Assembly (NCBI RefSeq): GCF_001194135.2
Contig: NC_068990.1
Coordinates: forward strand, 76,845,665 to 76,896,134
Length of the DNA: 50,470 nt
Direction of reading: 5' to 3'
Origin: Octopus bimaculoides
Lineage: Eukaryota
Part shown: positions 46,584 to 50,470 of the stretch, piece by piece
How the letters are laid out: every line of letters starts with the position of its first letter
Numbering within the stretch: the first letter of the stretch is position 1
Translations under genes and position numbers: made by a program
The notes under the pieces: model-generated
Database searches by the model: none
What the model saw: only the letters and a program-made list of their open reading frames with translations
Told to the model about the DNA's origin: nothing

Positions 46584-47159
46584 AATAATAATGTGGCAAA
46601 CTAGCAGAATCGTTAGCAGGCTGGGCGAAATGTTTAGTGGCATTTCGTCTGTTTTCAAGTTCTGATTTCAAATGCCGCCAGGGTCGATTTTGTCTTTTTG
46701 GGGTAAAATATACGAAACCCATTATACCCATCATGACTACCCGTCCCATAAGGTTACACCAGGCAAATGCATCACAACCATACGTGCACAACATGGTGAT
46801 TTCATATCAAGATAAACAGCGCATGACCATGCAGGCGGAGCCCTGTTAGAATTTTCTTCAGGTCGAGTAGCTCATCTTGCTCAAAATGTCCCTGAATAAA
46901 GGTTGTTTAAGGCTGTCGAACGAAACATCCATGTTTCCAGAGGTGAATTATTCAAACTCCAAAAATGTCCCTCAGCACATGATTATGGTGCTTCCCCACT
47001 ACTTCTGCTCGTTATCAGAGATGCACATATCGTTAGCCACAAAGTGACATGCTCAGCTGGTTAAGGTCAAACAAATGACAAGCAAATCTGTAGTATTGAG
47101 CAGAATGTTTGCTGTAGCCCATCTTTTATAGCAAGGCACTTCCAATCAATTAAATTCAG

Positions 47160-49830
47160 TATTATTAATATTTATTGTCTTTGCACAGCTTCTAACACTG
47201 GAGATGTACTACGGTGCCAGCTGTTCGCTACCAGTGAACTAAGGTAACACCCCTTAGTTTTCGAGCACTATCCGGAGTATCCGAGCGGTTCCAAGCAGTG
47301 CTGTTTTCCACAAATGCTCCACCCTTATTGAAGTCCCTATTTGTTCCATGTACTTCTCAAGATTTTTATTCACTGTTCTTAGGGCTCCGACAATTATTTG
47401 TGCTACTATCACCTTTTTCAGCGACTACAACTGCTTAAACTCCCAAGCGAACCTGTCATATCTCGACTTTTCTTTCTTCTCTATCGCACACCTTGTTGTC
47501 AGCTGGGCATGTTATATCTATGGTTCAGCATAGTTTGTTCTCTTTCTCAATTAACATTATGTCTGGTTTCCTATTCTCTATCTCATGGCCGCACTGAATC
47601 ATAAAACCCCATAGGATCTTTGAATTATCATTTTCGATGATGCCTTTGGGTTTATGTTCGTACCACGTTTTTGCTCTGTTAAGTCCATACTTGTTGCACA
47701 GTGTCCAATGGACAATCCTTGTTATATTGTCCTGACGTTTCTTATATTCTTTCTGGGCTAATGGTGTACATTGACTGGTAATATTCCATACGGTTTCATC
47801 ATTTTATCCTCAAATTCTGCACTTACCACTTCTGATGTGTTGTCTATTATGTATTTGTTGTAATTGGTTCTTAATGTTTGCACTTGGGCAGCACAGATTA
47901 GAGCTTCCGTTTCCGGTTTTAAATCACTTTTAGTCATCCACAGCCATCTATTTTCTCTCTATGTCTTATCTTCAACATCCCTATGAAATTGTCCATGCAT
48001 TCGTTTCTTTATCCACCTATTTTCAGTTTCATTCATTCTCAAGTCCTTGTACAATGCTTTATCTTTGCAATCTTTCATCCAATACAAGCCTGACCCTCTT
48101 ATTTCCAATAATAGTGGTTCTGTGGTATTGTTTACATACCATGCTATGTTGTTTTCTTCTGCTCTAATGTTGTGTGTGCATCCAATCAGTCCTCTTCCCC
48201 CTCTTTTTCTTGGTACATATAGTCTGCTTGTGTCACTTTTCGGGTGGAGTAATTGTCTACCTTATTGACCTTTTCGATGTTTTTCAAGCACAGCATTGTG
48301 TCATACCCAATGTCAACCACTCTGGTGTTACTTGGTCGGCATTTAACAAGGTGTTGAGTTGTGGAGTTATTCGTGCATGACATTCACCAAATCTTTTGAT
48401 CGAGTAGCCTTGAACTCCATCTGGTCCCGGGGCCTTACAGTTGCCCATTGTTTTGCTGATTTCCTTCACTTCCATAACTGAAATGACTAGTCTTGCCTGG
48501 ATCGACTACTGTTTGTTTCAGTTCTTGTAATCATTCAGCATTCTTCTTGTGCTCTTTGTCTTTGCTCTAGATGTCACTCCAAAACCTTTGACTTTCAATG
48601 TTATCTGGTATCAGCTTTTCAATTGTACACTCTCTATTTATTTCTTTATAGAATCTCTTCTGATCTACTCTGAATAACCTCTTCTGGTGGTAACCCTTCA
48701 TTCTTTGGTCGTATCTTACCATCTTTGCTTTCTTTGCGCTGCTACAGTTCCTCCACTACCACTTTCAAGCTCTTTCTTTCAATATCATACTTCTTGTTCA
48801 GTGCCCTACATCTTTGCTCGCTTTTAAGCTCCCTCTTCTCTTTTCGGTCTAACACAGAAGTGTTCTTCAAGAGCATATCTAACCTTGCCTGTATTCTTCT
48901 TTTCCACTATGGATCTTTTATTTTGTCACTCCCATTATATTTCTTTTTTCTTGATATTAGCACCCGCATTTTCTGCTACAACAATACTTGCTGTCTTGAT
49001 CAAATTGTTTGTTCCAATGATGTTTCTTGTTGTGATGTACTTCAGAATTTCATTCACGTTTTCCGGTTTTTTTTTTGGTTTAATTTCCACCGATCAACCT
49101 TTTGAAGTTTGCAAATAATATCGCTATCGTTCTCCTGCAGCCTTGCCTTTATTCTATCGTAGATTGCCTTTTGCCCATCTGTCTTGTCCCCATCAATTTT
49201 ATTGTCTTCTTCCAAACCATCTATATGTCTGTCATCGAGCAAGCTATCACTGTTCTTTTCTTGTGGTTTATAAGAGATTTCACCTCTGTTTTCTGCTATG
49301 AAATTACTTTTATCAGTAGGAACTGTATTTTCATCGTTTCCTCTGCTGCTGTTTTCCAATACCTGTCTTTTGATAGCTTCGAACTCTATTTCTGTGAACC
49401 AACGACCTTTTTCTTATTACTGTAGCTTGTTCATCACATAATCGCTGTTCCGTGAGTTGAAACAACCCCCTTTCTCTCCATTGATCATACATACGTTGTC
49501 GGTATCCTCTAAGATGAACACCATTTTTGTCGACGGGGTTGCTCAGGTAGTAACTCCATGACTACAGCACTGACTTGTTTGTTCAATCTACATCGTGTGT
49601 ACTGGTCCCTTGCTGGATAACGACAAATGGGAGTCGGACCAGTATCTCTGAGCCTGCTGGGTGCAACACTGTCACCATCAGGGGCTTCAATTTCATTACC
49701 ACCATTATTCACAATATTTTGTTTCTTCATTGTCACTCATATGAGATAGCAATTATCATGTTGCGCAATTACCAGTGTTTTTATTGTGACACCATCACTA
49801 GATGTATCATCAATCACAGCATAGCGAAAT
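47160..49830 (-). mobile_element. Near-full-length R4/Dong-like LINE with RT core deleted
   Basis: N-terminal RGYRQRM...W.ERG...TEQRL, WKRRI, LF..DQKRFY, KAPGPDGVQGY, then a jump near 48285 to KRGRGLI, MHGQF, ETEALICAAQ, ENRKPDI, IVGAL.., ALLGTARILRIVLEN*. 5' end abuts (ATT)n. Confidence 0.85.
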
Positions 49831-49893
49831 TCCAACCTTTCATTATTATTATTATTGTCATTGATATTATTATTTTTATTTTTACTATTTGTC

Positions 49894-49958
<65 letters not shown>

Positions 49959-50188
49959 TAATAATAATAATAATACCATCAAATAATACCATCAAATAAT
50001 ACCAGTGCATACCATCAAAGTGACACTGGGGTACAAATATACGAAGCCCAGTTTACCCATCATGACTACCCGTCTGAGAAGTGATAACACTTTCAATTAG
50101 TTAAGATCAGAAGCCATGAGAGCCACTGCCTAATACTGTATCAGGGTATGATGATGACAATAATGATAATAACAACAACAACAACAAC

Positions 50189-50254
<66 letters not shown>

Positions 50255-50267
50255 TATTATTATTATT

Positions 50268-50470
50268 GTTCAGTAGTTTTATTTTAACGTGCTTTCACTT
50301 CACTAGCGAGCGCAGCTCTGTGCGCCTTGGGTATGTGCTGTGGTTTGCTGTGGTGCTCTTATGGTTACTGTATTGAAAGTGTTTTGCGTAGGAAGTGTGC
50401 GGTGCCCAGTAGTGCAATTTTCTGTATGTTATATATATTTGTAAGTCCTGGTGTTTTTGTTATGTATTTG
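50268..50470 (-). mobile_element. R4/Dong-like LINE 3' end (same family as 12052-12448), cut by window edge
   Basis: Near-identical to 12052-12260; follows an (ATT)n tract. Confidence 0.85.

Overview
AT-rich, repeat-dense animal genomic scaffold with many N-gaps. It is not prokaryotic. The SINE and microsatellite content looks like a coleoid cephalopod, probably Octopus (inference from recalled repeat families, not a database hit). Two convergent, intron-rich genes lie among the repeats and are mostly invisible in the ORF track. (1) A plus-strand C2orf50/CIMIP5-like ciliary microtubule-inner-protein gene has exons at 15479-15625, 17254-17293 and 21086-21274; its first exon is uncertain. (2) A minus-strand gene is represented by its 3' part and encodes a large secreted mucin/SCO-spondin-like protein: Thr/Pro-rich segments alternating with duplicated discoidin-like modules, then TSP1, a pacifastin/VWC-like module, TSP1 and an 11-Cys C-terminal cystine knot. 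Its six 3'-most exons (39488 down to 26554) splice in consistent phase. The rest of the window is decayed mobile DNA: a Helitron 3' end, mariner, Merlin-like and hAT elements/MITEs, at least three tRNA-SINE families, an L1/Tx1-like LINE, and R4/Dong-like RLE LINEs stacked in (AAT)n arrays. Unusual non-coding structures include a TIR element carrying a back-to-back telomeric palindrome, several long foldbacks, a homogeneous 26-bp array just after the mucin stop codon and a degenerate 27-bp minisatellite. No CRISPR, rRNA or genuine tRNA genes were found.
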